Both the position numbers and the translations under genes were made by a program. Below are positions 10,418-24,746 of a stretch of 64,000 nt of DNA, piece after piece (positions within the stretch are counted from its first letter, which is position 1; every line of letters starts with the position of its first letter). The stretch lies in contig OZ316891.1 of the NCBI GenBank assembly GCA_973895155.1, forward strand, positions 1,603,324 to 1,667,323. The letters run 5' to 3'. The notes under the pieces were generated by a model. It was given only the letters and a program-made list of their open reading frames with translations. It had not been told where the DNA came from and made no database searches. This stretch comes from Marsupella aquatica. Taxonomy: Eukaryota > Plantae > Marchantiophyta.

Positions 10418-13400
10418 CTATTCCATAGCTTCTCCTTCGTTGTCTTCCAAGTGATGCCTCCATGCAACTAGAGCAGCTCCAACAGCAGGTTCAACCTGCA
10501 ACCATTCTCCGACTAGTAAGGATATGTTTCAGATTGTCAACCTACCTACTCCTTGCCTTTCTTTCTCGTCTAACACCTCTGTAACTTGTACAGCATAACC
10601 AAATCATAATTACAAATACCCTTTCAGTAGATATCCACGCCCGTGGCATAAGATTGCTAAACCTTTGGACAACACAGACGTCTCTGGCACGAGAATCCAT
10701 TAAAACTGACTGAGGTTCCTCAGTGGCATGCCTCGCCCCAGAAGATGTCAGAAAATCATAACATACGAAAAAATCCCAATGCAGTTGACACATGGGGCCA
10801 CGAAGTCTTAGAAGAAGTGGTGCCTACATTGGGTCGAACAGCTTGAACTTTTGGAAATGCCTTTGATACTCTGGTAATCAACGGTTTACATAAATCCCAT
10901 CCCTCATCATGTTCCAGCACACCTCCAACCAATACAAACGGGAAAGGATGCTGATTATCTGCGTACAAGTTTATACCATGTGTGTCATAATTGATCGTTC
11001 CAAGATTTTGATTGAAGAAACTGCTCTGCCCTCAATCGGAAAGCACACAACCGTGCAAGAAATTTCAGACATGACACATACCAATGCCATTTAGGTTGAG
11101 GGTACGCACAACAGCTTCAACACTGCATGCCAATTCTTCAACAGCGTGTTCTAACACTCCGATGGCCACTTCATCAGCAGCTTGAGCACAAGCTTTGACA
11201 ACTGGAACAAGAGCTGCGACACGGGCCCAGGAAGTATCCGCATAAACCCATCTGCACACAGAAAGGTGGACCAAACCCGTCAACACTGAGTCAAAGAGGA
11301 CATTGGCACCCAACACGAATGCCCGTATTAGCTTTGGAAGTCAAGGCCGTGGTGGGACACATTACCCACCGAATGATCTCGTCTGGGCTTGAAAGCCCTA
11401 ATCTCCCCAGCATAGCGTCAGTAAGTCTTGTTGGAGGACCTCGCCCATCATGAGCACGCAGAACAGCGATTAGAGCATTCGTAGCTATCGCATGGCCACT
11501 GCCACCCACCAAGACCAATTTAAGAAGATGTCCACACTAACTTGCAATCCATCAAAGACACGAACTCCGTTACTAATATTAGGAAACTGATAATCCTCGA
11601 CGAAAATGAGCTCATGCTGTTTTGAATCCGAACAAAAAAATGTTTAGAAAGAATTGGCGACATATTGGATGTCAGTTACCTGCCCTGGTCTCCAAGCAGA
11701 GGTCCAAGTCCAGAAGAACGGGCTGACTTCCCTTCTTCAGTAAAACCATAGGCTATCGTTCCAGTTCCTGCTATGACTACACAGCCATATTTCTTGCCAG
11801 CTGTTCCACTTGCAAGTGCAGCGACGGCATCGTTGTACACATAACAAGTAGTATGCTCGGAGGGAAATATGTACCTGACATTGATTACAAACTGCATCGT
11901 CAAAGAAGAGTTTAAGAGGTCTCGCCACTAATCGATACAATCCATCATTTCTTCTATTCTCTCTATGTGGGAATGAGTACTTTTGACTGGCTCGTTCAAC
12001 AGCCTCGGAAAATATCAGAGACAAAAATGCACTTTTCAGGGTATTGCAATCACATCATATCCCGACAATGATGCTATTGATTGCCCACGCTACTCGAAAA
12101 TTCAGCAAAAATATGGAGGAAGGCGGAAATAGTCTCTATGATCAGTGCTGAGATTAAGAGGCTTTTCTGGTTTAAACCTCCAGCTAGACGATCTTTTAAA
12201 AAGTAAAAGAACCCTTGCAAAGCCTCCGGTATTTGGTCCCCATTTCCTAGAGGACAACAGAAAGTGCACGGTTCCTTGATCCTGTTTATTCACAAGGGAT
12301 GGTCACTTACACGTCGAAAGCTTCCCACGACACTCAACAGTAACCAGAATTTCTGCATGCTATGCATAATCCCCACAAAAAGCGACTTCTCATAAAAAGT
12401 AAGTCCCCTACCTGGGGATCTCTTCAATGTCGGGTGAGGTCAAATATCCGAAAAAAGGGGCATTACCTTAAAACCACCTCAACCTTGTTTTTACATAATA
12501 CAAGCAATCTAAACTAACAGAGGGCCCAAGTTCTTCACCCATAATAATGCTGACAGTCGGTAGAAGGAATTACGTGGCCTCCCTGTGTCTATAGTGTCAA
12601 GCTCCTAGTAAGTCGGAATTGCATCTGGACTCCACTGTTACTGAAGTGTATGTTGAAGGAAAACTGTGTCGTCTGTAAGTTACCTGATGCTTGTTTCATT
12701 GTGTCCACACTATGGAAGTAAGGGAGATTCTTGAAGTAAGTTTGTATCTTCGTTGCCCTGCATGAGAAACTCATTTTCGGGATACCTTTAAGGCAACTGA
12801 CCTCTTATGTCGTTGCTAGTTAAAAGGACCTCTCGCTGTGAGGAATGGCCAAAGTTCGACAACGGTCATCTCTTGCCTCCGGCACCCTTAAACTGCTTGG
12901 AATGGCTTTTATATCACATCTAGACTAGGTGCCCTAGCCGACTGAACAGTAGAAGATGAAAACAGTGAGAGACGCAGAGAAAGAACTCACTTAAGCCAGG
13001 CAAGCACACGCTCGGCGTCTGCGGGGACGTCCACACCAGAAAGAGCCAAGCAAACTACCTTCACTTCATCCCTTGCAGTGTTCGCTTTCATCAGTGCCTC
13101 CGCCATTGACTGTTCAAGTGCGCATTTCGCTGTAGCTTCTGCTCAAATCTCCAGTCGTGTTGACACGCCACAGTTCAGGCTTTGATCATCTCAACATTTG
13201 TTTTGAGTTTCGTTTAAGAAGTCTATCATTTCCTGAGAATTGATTGATCCTATTCGCCAACGTCTTTCTCGTACTGGAAGGAAGACACTTCGACAGTGCA
13301 ACTCTGACCGCATAACCTCAATTCCCATTTGTTAAATGATCGTCCCGCCTTGTGGTACATTATTGTTTAACAAAATTCGAGACAAAAACTTACATGCCTT

Positions 13401-13945
13401 CGTCCAGGTCAGATGGGTGGAAATCAAATCCGAAATTGAAGGAGAATTGCGACGGGGTGCATAAGATAGTTAGATGGGAATGAATCTCCGAAAGGTGAAA
13501 AATCCACAATCTCCAGATCTCACCTGGAAATGCCAAGGGACCTCATCTTTGATGACGATCAGGTGGGATTTTCATAGTCCACAGACAACATTATCAACCA
13601 CAAAGGCAAAGACGGTGCATAGGGAAGAAAGGGGGCAAATGTCATCAAGGTGATGGGAAACGAACCAGAAACGCTGTTAAAATTGGAGGAACCAGTGACA
13701 GCCCGAGAGAGGACAACAGGGTCCGAAGTCTGATGCGGAGCACAGTAGAGGCAGATGGAAATAGTGGTCGTCGCTCCACCATCCACGCCAAGAACCACAG
13801 TGCGCTTGCTACTGCCGTTGCTGCTCATCTCATCCTCCTCGTCCTCCTCTGCATCATCTCCTCCTCCTCCTCGTCCTCTCTGTGGTCTCAATTGCGCTTC
13901 AAACTCCCACAACTCACTCCCCCCGGAACGGTAGCTCCTCTTCAT
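10418..13945 (-). CDS. N-acetylglucosamine kinase-like protein (BadF/BadG/BcrA/BcrD ATPase family), 7 exons
   Basis: Exons 13945-13666, 13138-12991, 11874-11680, 11498-11370, 11251-11082, 10958-10828, 10495-10418, all GT-AG and in phase. Motifs LGVDGGATTT, NDAVAAL, IAGTGT, LGDQGSG, LVGGV, EPAVGAA. An in-frame upstream ATG lies at 13984. Confidence 0.92.
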
Positions 13946-15211
13946 CCCCCCTGGCAGCTCTGCTGCCGCTGTAGCGCTGGGCATCGGTCTGCTCCACCCC
14001 TACTCAAATACAGCACTGGATTCCGTCACCTCTTAAGAAGATTCAGTCGTTTTGAGAGCTTCTCAAATGCACCTCTCCTTCTCCTTCTTCTCTTGGGCCC
14101 ACAACTCGACCGACCTCACTACCATATGGCTTCTGACTCTCCTTTCCTTTCCTACTTGGCCAGACTTTGTAATGAAAAAGAAATAACGAAGCTGATCATT
14201 GATTTCCGATGGCAGACAGGAGAAGAGACCTTCAAAATTCGCGCAGCTCGCAACAACACCAGCACCAGCATCCCCAGTAGTTGCTGCTCTGAGAAATTCA
14301 GCAAAGCTTGGCCCCGGAATGAACTTCAGCTCTCCTACGACAACGATTGAAGAACAAGAGGTATCAAATTCACGGTACTCTTAGTAGAGAAGGAACCGGC
14401 AATGCCAGGACCCCGCAGCAAGAGGGATGCAGCACAGCACTGGAACAGAAAGGAAGAGGGCCAAAATTGCAAACCAGTCATAGATTGAAGATCAATGTGG
14501 GTTTCGCAAAATCGGCAAAGAAGATTGAAAAATTACAGATTGACAGCAAGTGGGTTCTGGAGAGTCCGCAACAGAAGATCAACAGTGAGTGGGTTCCAGA
14601 GAATGAGCGAGAAGAGTGAATAACTGGACTCGGGTAGAATCTTGTGAGGATTCGGCAGGGTATTGAAGGTGGCGAGAATCTCAACCCAGGGGAGTACCAC
14701 TACTGTAGCACTAGTAGCTCCGATTCGAGCTTACGGTACCCAGACGGCGATGCAACTCTGGACAGCTGGTACAATATGCAGGGTTGTCAAGGCTGTCGGG
14801 ACCCTTTGAGCGACGTCCGTGAGTTGTGTGACGGGCTTCGGCTGCCCGCCGTGGCCCGCGTCGACTTGCCCGTTGCCCTGCCCGAGTTCTACCTGGTTAC
14901 CCCAGTTTCCTCGCTTACACACAGTTTCGGGGCTTCGCGAACGCTTGGTGAGTGAGAAGTATCCCGATGCATCACCAAGGTTGGTTTTTCAACTGTTAGA
15001 AACCATAAAAATGAAATCTCGGGTAAAGATACGGGTAAAGCTAAAGTATGTGCTAGGAAAGAAAATAAAAGTCGGGTGAGCCGTTCGGGACCCGTGGTTT
15101 TTATGAGGTGACTGAATCCCCGCGCTCGTCTGTGTTTTAGGCGTGGCGAAGACCAATACCCAGCAAACCTCACTGTGGACTTGGATTTGTAATTAGGAGG
15201 GGAGAGTCGGG

Positions 15212-16540
15212 ATGGAGTCTGTGGATTTAGCCAGCAGCAGGGGTCTTGAAGCAGAGGAGGAAATAGATCCGTGGGGAGCAGAGGACTCTCGAAGCACTCG
15301 ATCATCCTCAGATTTGCAGAGAGAGTGGGAGGCTCGCCGCCTTCAATTCCATAAGGTATCCTTTCCCGTGAGTGGTTGTGGCTTGACAGTCTTCTCCTGA
15401 AGTCCATTGTGGCATTAGCTAGACGCGAGTGAGAAGGTTGGATTGTAATTGGTATTCAGATTTTGGTGCGTATGTTTCTGTTGTTGAGTTGCTTTGCTCA
15501 AAGTCGCAACCGATTGTGTGTAAATAGGCACGACGAGGAAATTCTGTGTCTTGAGACTTCGAGCTTTGTGGACCCTTGATGGCAAGAACCCAGCTGGGGT
15601 ATAGGGATGGGATTACTGCAGGGAGTAACTCATCCGTGCAGGAAGGATTTAATCTGGGTTTCCAAGAAGCAGTTGGACCAGGATTTAGTTGGGGAGTTGC
15701 ACGGGGGACTGCAAGGTTCTGAACATTCTCTGCTCCCAAGTCACTTGTGGTTGAAATGATACACAAGTTTGTGAAGTTGTGTGGGGTTTCTCTGTTTTGA
15801 CTAAGCTTTGGCTTGTGGTGGATGATTTTGTTGGTGCTGGCAGTTCCTATGCTTATTTGCCTTCTGCAATGAAGGACTTAATTTTGAAAGATCGAGAGGG
15901 AGGAAAGCGATTGGAGGCACTGCACTCGACCATATGCAAGATTTCATCCGCCGACGCTATGGCCATATATTACAAGGATGCAATTTTACGTAAGGGAGCC
16001 AATGCAGAGGACTCTGTCCAAGCACATTCCTCGGAGTCAAGTCAGAATGTTTCGTCAATGCAGACCCGAATTGAAGAAGAAACAACGGGCAAACGAAGTG
16101 AACCGGAAGAGACAGCTACTGCTTGTTGTGGAGGAGGGTATTGTGGAGACTCGAAGGTGTGCAGCTCACAGGTAATAGAAGGGGTTTCAGCAGGGGCCAG
16201 ACACAGCGTATTAGACGGGTCTGGACCTCAATCAGCAAGCACCAGTGCTTCCCTAGACGGAAGTAGTGGCAATGAGCCTGTTAGCCACGAGGCACGTGAG
16301 TTTATCTCAAGGGTAGGCACCTTTTCAGGCGAAACAAAGCAACTGGAAGACAGTACTACTAGTCATTTGGTTTCCATGGCCCTTGGACAATCCAGCCTCG
16401 GTGATTCAGCCTCTAGACCTTCCGAGTCTGCGAATCGTTTGGAGGAGTATCATAGGAATGTTGCTGCAGACCTTGAGCAATCAATTGTGAGGTTAAGTAG
16501 CTTCCCACGGTTGTCACAGGCGTCAGGGCCCACTATTTAA
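15212..16540 (+). CDS. Yae1-domain protein (plant YAE1-like), 3 coding exons, 320 aa
   Basis: Exons 15212-15355, 15594-15715, 15844-16540 (GT-AG, in phase) give DLQREWEARRLQFHK-LGYRDGITAG..VQEGFNLGFQEA..GFSWGVARG, the GxxxG repeat of Yae1_N, followed by a Ser-rich tail. Confidence 0.88.
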
Positions 16541-18116
16541 GAAATAACGATGGTAATGAGCCTTCAATGGCAAGGGATTGTAATAGAAAGCTGTACTGAA
16601 CAATTGGAATTAGCAACGATGTTTCTTTCATTACCACAGGAATGCAGTTCCCAGGGGCAATATACGTTGCCCTCAATATCCGGGTGAGGTTCTTGGTTGT
16701 GGCAATCTACATTTTAGTGACATCCAACAGCATCGTCAATTGGAGGCAGCCGTCGTTCTCGGGCATTACTGAGAAGTTCTTTTGGTCTCTTAGAAGGAAT
16801 GAACGGTACAAGTCCATTGTTACTCATGTCGAGGAGTACTACAAACTGGTGGTCTCTTTATTTTCCACGAGCCAAAACGTCACTGATCTTTACCATTCCA
16901 TCTCGACGACCTCTGGGCGTGATAAAAGTAAAAAGGCTACAGGCATAGATTTCTGATCTCATTGTCAGCTAGAATCTGCAGGAAGCAATGTGCTCACGCC
17001 CATATATGCTGATGGTGAGAGAGGACTGTAAAGAAATGAGGGTTTTCCGTCAACAATCGCTATGTTCTCAGGTTGGTGTAGTCGCCAGATTAGTGTTACA
17101 AAAATCAGTTAGTGAGTATAAACTGCCCCAATCTGGAAAAACCTTTACTTGTAGTTCCTGGTCTGTTGCACAACCCACTTCGTTGCCACTAATACAGCAT
17201 CATCGCTGATGTTAATATGTTAATATTTTGACTTCCTGCGCAAAGCTTGTCACTGTGAGATGGGGCTAAATTCCATCGAGTCCATCATGCGTGACAGTTT
17301 CATACAATATCGTCCTCTACTGAAATGATGTGTAGGGCCTTCACAAAGTACTTTCGTTTCTGTGAATGTTGTTGTCCCAGTCAACCCTCAAATTAAAATA
17401 GTATTGACATATAATGGGATTCAAGTCCACAGATCCATAAGCTGCTGTTAAAGCACACCACAAAGCAGTCTGGACTTCTCGTGAAAAGGAGAGTTTCTAC
17501 GCCTTGGGGGGCATAGCCATCAATACCTTGCCATCCGAATCGTTGTAGCCAAACCACCTTCCGTTCAGAAAGGAGTCTCACCTAACAATACTTGACAATT
17601 ACAGTAGAACATTAAAGCTTGCGGATTTTATGCAAGAAACGTACACCAAAGATCTATGTGATGCGCTACGCAACACTGCTCTATTCCTCACTTGAGAAAA
17701 AGAGACATTTATCACAAGCCTTCCACCTTTCAATAGAAACAAAATTTGGTGGCCAGATCTTAATAGCTGAAGCCAATATTAACAAGTCTCTCCAGTGAGA
17801 CTAACGACAGCACAACTTGATCGTTATTCAATGAAGATCAGCCTGATAAATTTCACCGCTTTCAAGACATGTTCAAATGCACTTGATAGAGTCTAACAAA
17901 TTATGTTTCTCCAACCGAAATACCAGTAGATTTCATGAACAATAGAGGTCAATGATGTTCTCCTCCAATCATGTGAACTCTGTACAAATTATTTCGCTCG
18001 TTAGCTTACATTATTAATAATCTACGCAACTGGACACTGGATTCTGCGCAGGTGTCCTTGGGAAGTTGATTGCAATCGTGATCATGTCGTATCCAGAAAG
18101 AATCGTATGTACATTA

Positions 18117-21100
18117 CTAGCCAGGCAGTTTAGTCACCAGGTCTTGACAATTCTGTGATCTTTGGGTGAACGAAACCATCACCTGCAGCAAACGTTTGAA
18201 AGGTAAGGGTAGCAAAGATATCCAAAAGCTGAGAAAGTATCAAACATAAACAGTTATCTTAAGAGGTCTCCACGTCACATTAAGGACGAACAGGCGGTAA
18301 CTAGATAAAAATGCTAATACTTCGCTTTTCTCAGAATTTGAGACTGGTTACGAGCAGTTGGAAGGTTCGTAATTCAGGACCACAAGTGACACTTGCAATT
18401 CACAATTAAAGATGTATGCACTACCCCAGGGATAGGGTCAAAACGAATGGAGCGGCTGATTCTCTGTGAGCTGGCTGAAATCTATCTATCTATCTATATA
18501 TATATATATATATATAGCTCCTCCCATCCTAATGATTTTGTGGTGTGAATTGTCCTCGATTGGTCTCTTTGATGGTTATCGAAAAACGCACGGGTGTGGT
18601 TTCGTCTTTTTTCGGGAGCTAGCTCATCCCCAGCTAATGTGCTTAATTTATAGATAATGATCACCCGTAAAGTCCTATTTGGCAGCTATGAGGACCCTTG
18701 AGTGAAAAGAGCGTTGACGGTTTAAAGTGGCCCAGAAGTCTGTGATGCTTGAATAGTCGCAATCAGCACACATGCACTTCATTGGTGGAGCTAGATTTGA
18801 CGCAAACACCGTAATTCTTGAACATGCAGTATGCTGAAAATAAGATTTTATATATTTAAAACAACAGAGAAGAGTTGTAATCCTTACAAGTATGTGAAGA
18901 ACCACGATGTAGATGATCATCACCATTGAACGCTGTGACAGACGGCCCCGTAGTATCGAGGTATCTTGATTCGATGACCAAGGACTGCTATACGAAGTAG
19001 ATGCCTGACCGCCATCTTTACTGGCCCTTTTCCCCGCATACTTTTCAATATCCTGCTAAAACACTGAGGTATAAGATTGGCAAAACCAGAATTTTCGCCC
19101 ACCCTTCACAAGCATACCTGCTGATGTTGCCACATCCCCTTCTAGTGCCCTCTATGAAAAGCAATTTGCATACAACTAATTTGTTTAGTCTCAATAAACG
19201 CACATATGTTGTGAATGGAATATACTCACGTAGTTATTTTTAGACCAACATGCCCATTTACTGTCTCTATCTTGACTGGAATTCAGCTAAGTGCTCTACA
19301 ACTGCAAAGACCAAGCCTTACCCTGCAAACGCACTTCAGAGAGATCTGGGTCTCATGTTTCTTTACTAACCTGGTGCCGGAGTTTGCTTTTCCAATTCAC
19401 ACGCTCCAGACCCAGATTGTCAAGCCATTCGTCAGATTTTAGACCAGCTCCGTTTGAAGAACCATTTGTTTGTAAGATCCTTAACTGTCCTTCAAGGCCG
19501 GAAATCGTAGCGCGCAATGCAGTCTGCTCCGCCATTGCTTTTGAGAGCTTCTCTGAATTGATTGTCTGCATTCCAAATCAATTCCAGCATGTGACTTTGT
19601 CTAAAAGATGAGACAAGCTTTCCGTCTAAATTTTAATAGGGATAGGAGGCGCCATCACAAATTGCCGATGCCTTCGGGAATTAAAATTTACCACTTCATA
19701 ACTTCAAGGCTAGGGGTCTACATGAAACCCTACTCGATCAAAAGTCCTTGAACTGGACAAACTTCAAAGACAAATGTAAATATGAATTTCATGACAAAAC
19801 TACTATTCTTTTGTAGCCCAGCAAACCACACTGGGTCAGGTTTGAGATGAGAGTGTCCAACAGAATAGTCTACAGGCAAACGTAAGATGCACAAGAAATG
19901 AGCTTGCCTGAGCCAACTCCTTCTCATTTTGAGCAGAGGCCAGAGCAGATTTCAGCCGAGATATGTCAGCTACCAAAGACGTTTCCAGCACGCCTGCACT
20001 TCGCGCAGCCGACTCGGATGAACCTCTAAGTTCTTGGCAACGGCTTTCCAGCTCGACAATCTGCTCAAACACACATTCACTAGTGATTACGATATTTTCT
20101 ACATGAACGTCGACGAAAGCAAATCTTCTTGATCTCTTCATCTAAACCTGAAGACAAGAACGGGCTAGGAGCGGAAAACTAAAAAAGTTGAAAAAATTCC
20201 CTGAAAGCAACATATTGGACATCCATCCTACTTCTCCTAAAAACCAACAATGTGATGGGATGCCTCTAACCGGCAATGAACGCAATAGAAGCCGTCCCTG
20301 CCCAGTCATTCTGATTATAAGCGAGATGATCATTGACCACCAAAACAATATTGGAGCTATAACGTGAATATAGGACACTAATTACCTTTTTTGCAAGACC
20401 ATCAGCTACTTCATGTGCAGCTTCGGCTTTCTCTTCTGAGGCTCGAGCTGCAGACTTCCAGGATTCCATTTGCTCTTGAACGTTTTCAAGTTGATCTGTT
20501 GTTTCTTGTCTCTCCTCCTCTAGACGGCTTATCTTCTTAATTGCAGCTGAAAGCTCTTGTTCTCCTGCAGTCAAAGCTTCCTACAGAGCGGTAGAACTAA
20601 CCCATTAAACGTTTGAAATTTCCATAGATCCAAACAAGATCATCATTTTTCTATTGGCAATGATCTCCAACAATAGCAATGAATGTTTTGACCATGAAAC
20701 AAAGATAAAGTATTGCTTCTTACGCTGGCTTCTTTCAGGGACTCAGCCTGTGATTCTAAATCGCTTTGAACTGCTGCAATTCGCTCTAATGCAGCATCTC
20801 GCTCGGCTTCCAGATCCTGTCAGATATCATCCAATTGTCCAGTGCAAGATGTCTCAAAAGCATAGACTTGTAATTTGTCTGGTCCTCCTAGCAAAGAGCA
20901 TCTCACCAGTTGCCATGCGAGTTACTGGGATAGCTTCAGCGCAATTGTGAACGAAACCTGATGTCATTACGGGTTGGCATCATATTACTACTGCAGTGCC
21001 AATCACAGTCCCATAACTAAATTTCATATTTACCGTTTGAATTTTGCCAACAGCAGCTTTGACAGCTGTGTTAAAAGTCCGTGCCCTTCTGTCTGACTCC

Positions 21101-22687
21101 TGCCGCAATTCCTGAAGTGCATTCTCTGCCTGCAATCATGTAGAGAAAAATTGGTCTCCAATTTTCGTGCTTTGACTCATTCCCTCCAAAAGATCAGCAA
21201 CCCATCTGATTTCATGTGGAGGTTAATCACTACATTTAGACAGTGCCTGTGTAGCGTAACAACGCCACAACTATATAATGGGCCAAAGGTTCTGAGCGAG
21301 CATACCAAAGTTTGGAGCCGATTAGCTTCATGAATTTGGATTTCGGAATCCTTCACTTGTTGCCGAGCTAGAGACAGCTCATGCTCCATCACAGCAAGAG
21401 CATTAGCCTTGTTATCAAGTTCCTGATTGAGGGATTCTAACTTTGCTTTCAAAGATTCAGCATTTTCTTTCCAAGATCCGGCCTCTTGCGATGCCCTCTG
21501 TGCAGAAGCAGAGAGCGCCTTCAAAGCCCCTTCTAATTCTCTTCTCTCGTCTTCTCCAAGAGCCTTTCCTTTGGCAGCTTGCTGTACTGCCCAAATCTCG
21601 GCTTTTGCGTCAGCCAAGCTCACGCTGGTTTCTGTGGCTTCCCTTCTTGCATCATTAGCCTCTCTTCTAGTCTCTACAGCTTCTCTCCTTGCATCAACAG
21701 CCTGAGAGTCCCAATTGTAAGAGCAAAGATTAGCCTTAAAACAACTGATCCCCTTGTCCAGCATGTCTAGGAAAGATATATAATTTAGAGACAGGAGATC
21801 ACGGGAATCATCAAAAGCAGCTCCCAAGAAAAAGATATAGTATAACGAGCCTGTTCTACTTTTGCTGTTCCTATCGTACTACTTTGTTTCCCAGGAGTCG
21901 TCAATTTTGTTCCCTCAATGTATACAGATCGAAGAAGAAAGTCACCTCTGCTTGTGCCTTTTTCAGAGACACTTCTGCATTTTGAAGACCACTTTGCAGT
22001 CGTTTGATCTTTTCAACGAGCCGTTCACGGTCATCAATTGTTTCTTTCCAAGATTCCTTCAGCTCTGTCATAGATCTATTCAGCTGCTCGTTTTCTTCAG
22101 CTAACTCCATCATAGCCTTGTCTCGTTGCTGCAGGAAAAATTAGATAGCATCAGGTAGAAACATTGGACGGTTACAAAACCTAAGAATAGAGAAGTCATG
22201 GGAATTGCAAGAGTAACTGTACAGACCGAATCCGCAAGAAGTAAATGATACGAACCGCACACTATCAGAGAAGATTACCCGAAGTTGTTGCTGAAGTGCT
22301 CTATACTGCTTTTCATATACCTCCGCCCGAGTCTCTTGGCTCTACACCGTCCAAAGAACAATTCTCTCAGTAAAGAAGATCACCCGTTGAGAACGAGCGG
22401 GACAGTACGAAGCCAAACGTGGTAACTGCAATCTTAACCCCGGACCTTGCCTGTCGCCAGCAAAATGGGCAATGAGAATATCATTAGAGTGCAAATATCC
22501 GTACCTTGCTTTCAGGAGACTTGCGTTGAGGTTTTGGTACTGTGGCATGCTCTTCCACGCCACCATTTGGAAGCAAAATGTGCTCCCTGGATGAATGGCC
22601 ATTTGCTTGGGCCTTCTCACTATTTTGTGTCTCTTCTTCCCCAGTTTGCCCTGGTTGGGTAGGAGCTGCAGCCTCCACTTCATCCAT
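18117..22687 (-). CDS. Long coiled-coil, C-terminally membrane-anchored golgin-like protein, 11 coding exons, ~595 aa
   Basis: Exons 22687-22505, 22341-22279, 22128-21946, 21701-21306, 21129-21034, 20816-20724, 20580-20386, 20060-19908, 19565-19371, 19052-18888, 18182-18117, all phase 0. Heptad-rich body, then TMD MVMIIYIVVLHILVMVSF and a short tail. Confidence 0.85.
18481..18516. repeat. (TCTA)n(TA)n compound microsatellite in the last intron
   Basis: Seen directly. Confidence 0.95.
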
Positions 22688-24746
22688 CTTTTCACAATTG
22701 CATAGACGCTGTTCCTTGGAAGGCTATGGTTTTGTAAATAGCGTTACGCTGACACCTCCACACTCCTGGATGATGCCCTTATCCAGTGCAGGTACAATTG
22801 TAGTTCCTCAGTCCATGTGAATGCCTACAATTAAGGACAGGGAAGGCCGAAACCATTAGTTTTCAACAAAGAAGTGAATATCAAAGGTGTCACTTGAGAA
22901 AAGAAGCTACAGAAGTAATCACAATTTTGATCGAAAACTCCATATCCTGGACAGGAACTTGAATTGTGGGCGATATGGTTGGGACAAGATGTTGGTTTCA
23001 TCAATCAGTAAATCATAATCCAACCCCCTTCTACTGGAGAGATTAATTAAACCCTAAAGTTTTCACAGAGACTATACAGCGTGCCGACGTTTCGATCAAA
23101 GGGGATTTCAAAACTCCAATTTAACCCCAGAGCAGGCATCAGGACTGTAGACCGTGACACAAGTTGGGCCATACACAATTAGATGGAGGCTAATAGCAAT
23201 GACAATGGAAAGAATATCATCGACTATAATGGGAAGCTGCGTCCACTCTATGGATGACTGGAATGCACTTAATGTTAGGTAGATCTAATTGTTAGGATTC
23301 AGTGTGCTAACTTGGAAATTTGGACAGCAATGCTGACACGCCACGCACCATTAACGGCTCAATAGAAGGGAAAATGAGAGCTAACATGAAATAGATTCAA
23401 ATCGTCAAAAACCGGCAAGGCAAGAGCCGCCGGAAGAACACCCGATCCATAGTTGACTCAAGGGCAAAGGAGAGACCTCATACCTTGAAGAGCCCAAGGC
23501 CAAAGCAAAATGGGAGAATTCTTCGAGAGACGTTTAAAGTCAAAGGCAGCGGAATTCAAGCATCTGAAGGAGACGACGAACAAAAAATTTTAAGGGAACG
23601 AATAACTCAAAACATCGGCCCTCAATTCTTCCATCCACAATAAATCACTACTGTCACTCCGCGTCAAGGTGGATAGTTGCTGAGGGTTTCCCTTCCTTTC
23701 TGAGAGCACCCAACCCTTGCCTGTGCCCCCCAAAAAAGAAATGATAAATAACAAGTGTAAAATCCCCGCACCATTTTGCCCCAGTATGACAATTGTAGGA
23801 GGAGGGGCACAAGACCTACAACGCAGCCGGCAGGCGAGAGGGGGCAAAGATGAAATTGAGGAACTGCACATCACTGGCAAGCATACATACAATCCTATCC
23901 CAAAATGCAGCTCCGATCAGACACATCCAAACAAAGCTCATCAATTCCAAAACCCCATTCAACCATCATTTCCTCCTCACTGCAAGAGTTTCACCATAAG
24001 AAATGCAATAAAGAGAAGGGAAGCGAAGAGTCGACAGATGAAAGCCCCCTTCTCAATTCACCCTCGAAGAATGAGAGGGGCACACACTGATACCAATCCT
24101 GGCTCGAATCTGAAGTCCATCTCACAGCAAACCTCAAGACCCTGGTAAGCAGTGAACAGCCTCAACAAGAGGCAGACCGACGAGAGAAGCAGGTCGTTTT
24201 CAAGCTGCGGATGAGCAAGGGCAGCGCAAGAGAGGAGGAGGAGGAGGAGGAGGAGCAAATCTGGAAGACGTCTCGACTCACCAAAATTCTCGATTCTCGA
24301 TTTCTTCCAACGAAATCCGCCCTGAAATCCTGCTCTCGGGTAGATTGATGCCAGACCCCGTATGCTGGTGAATCAACTAAATCCTCGCAGAAACGGGGAG
24401 TTCGACCATTTTCAACGGCCGATTGATCCGGATCGATGATGCCAAGGGGAGAACAAAATCGGCGATCTCACAAACTATCAACTCACTGGGAACGATGGAC
24501 AATAATAAATAAATCTGCTACTCTGATGATTGTGGTGTCCAGAAGTGAAAAAGCGTAGTGCCAGTCCGTTTACCGTCCTGTAAAGAGAAGGCCGTCGTGT
24601 CGCTGCTTCACAAAGGAACCCATCGGAGCCCTTTACCATCTTCTTCTCTAAAAGTGACCATCGTCATCGTTGTCGTGTCGTTACTCTCTTATATTGTAAG
24701 TGTCTACTCCTCCATGGCACACGGAGACAGGAAAATCTCCTCTCCT

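Noticed and set aside
13733-14350. 205-aa + strand ORF
   Set aside because: Antisense to exon 1 and the leader of the sugar-kinase gene; low complexity.
14644-14955. ORF considered as a first coding exon or conserved-peptide uORF
   Set aside because: The Yae1 CDS is complete from ATG 15212, and the peptide matches no conserved uORF I recognise.
15779-15843. GTG start of the 253-aa ORF
   Set aside because: It lies in intron 2 of the Yae1 gene; exon 3 begins at 15844.
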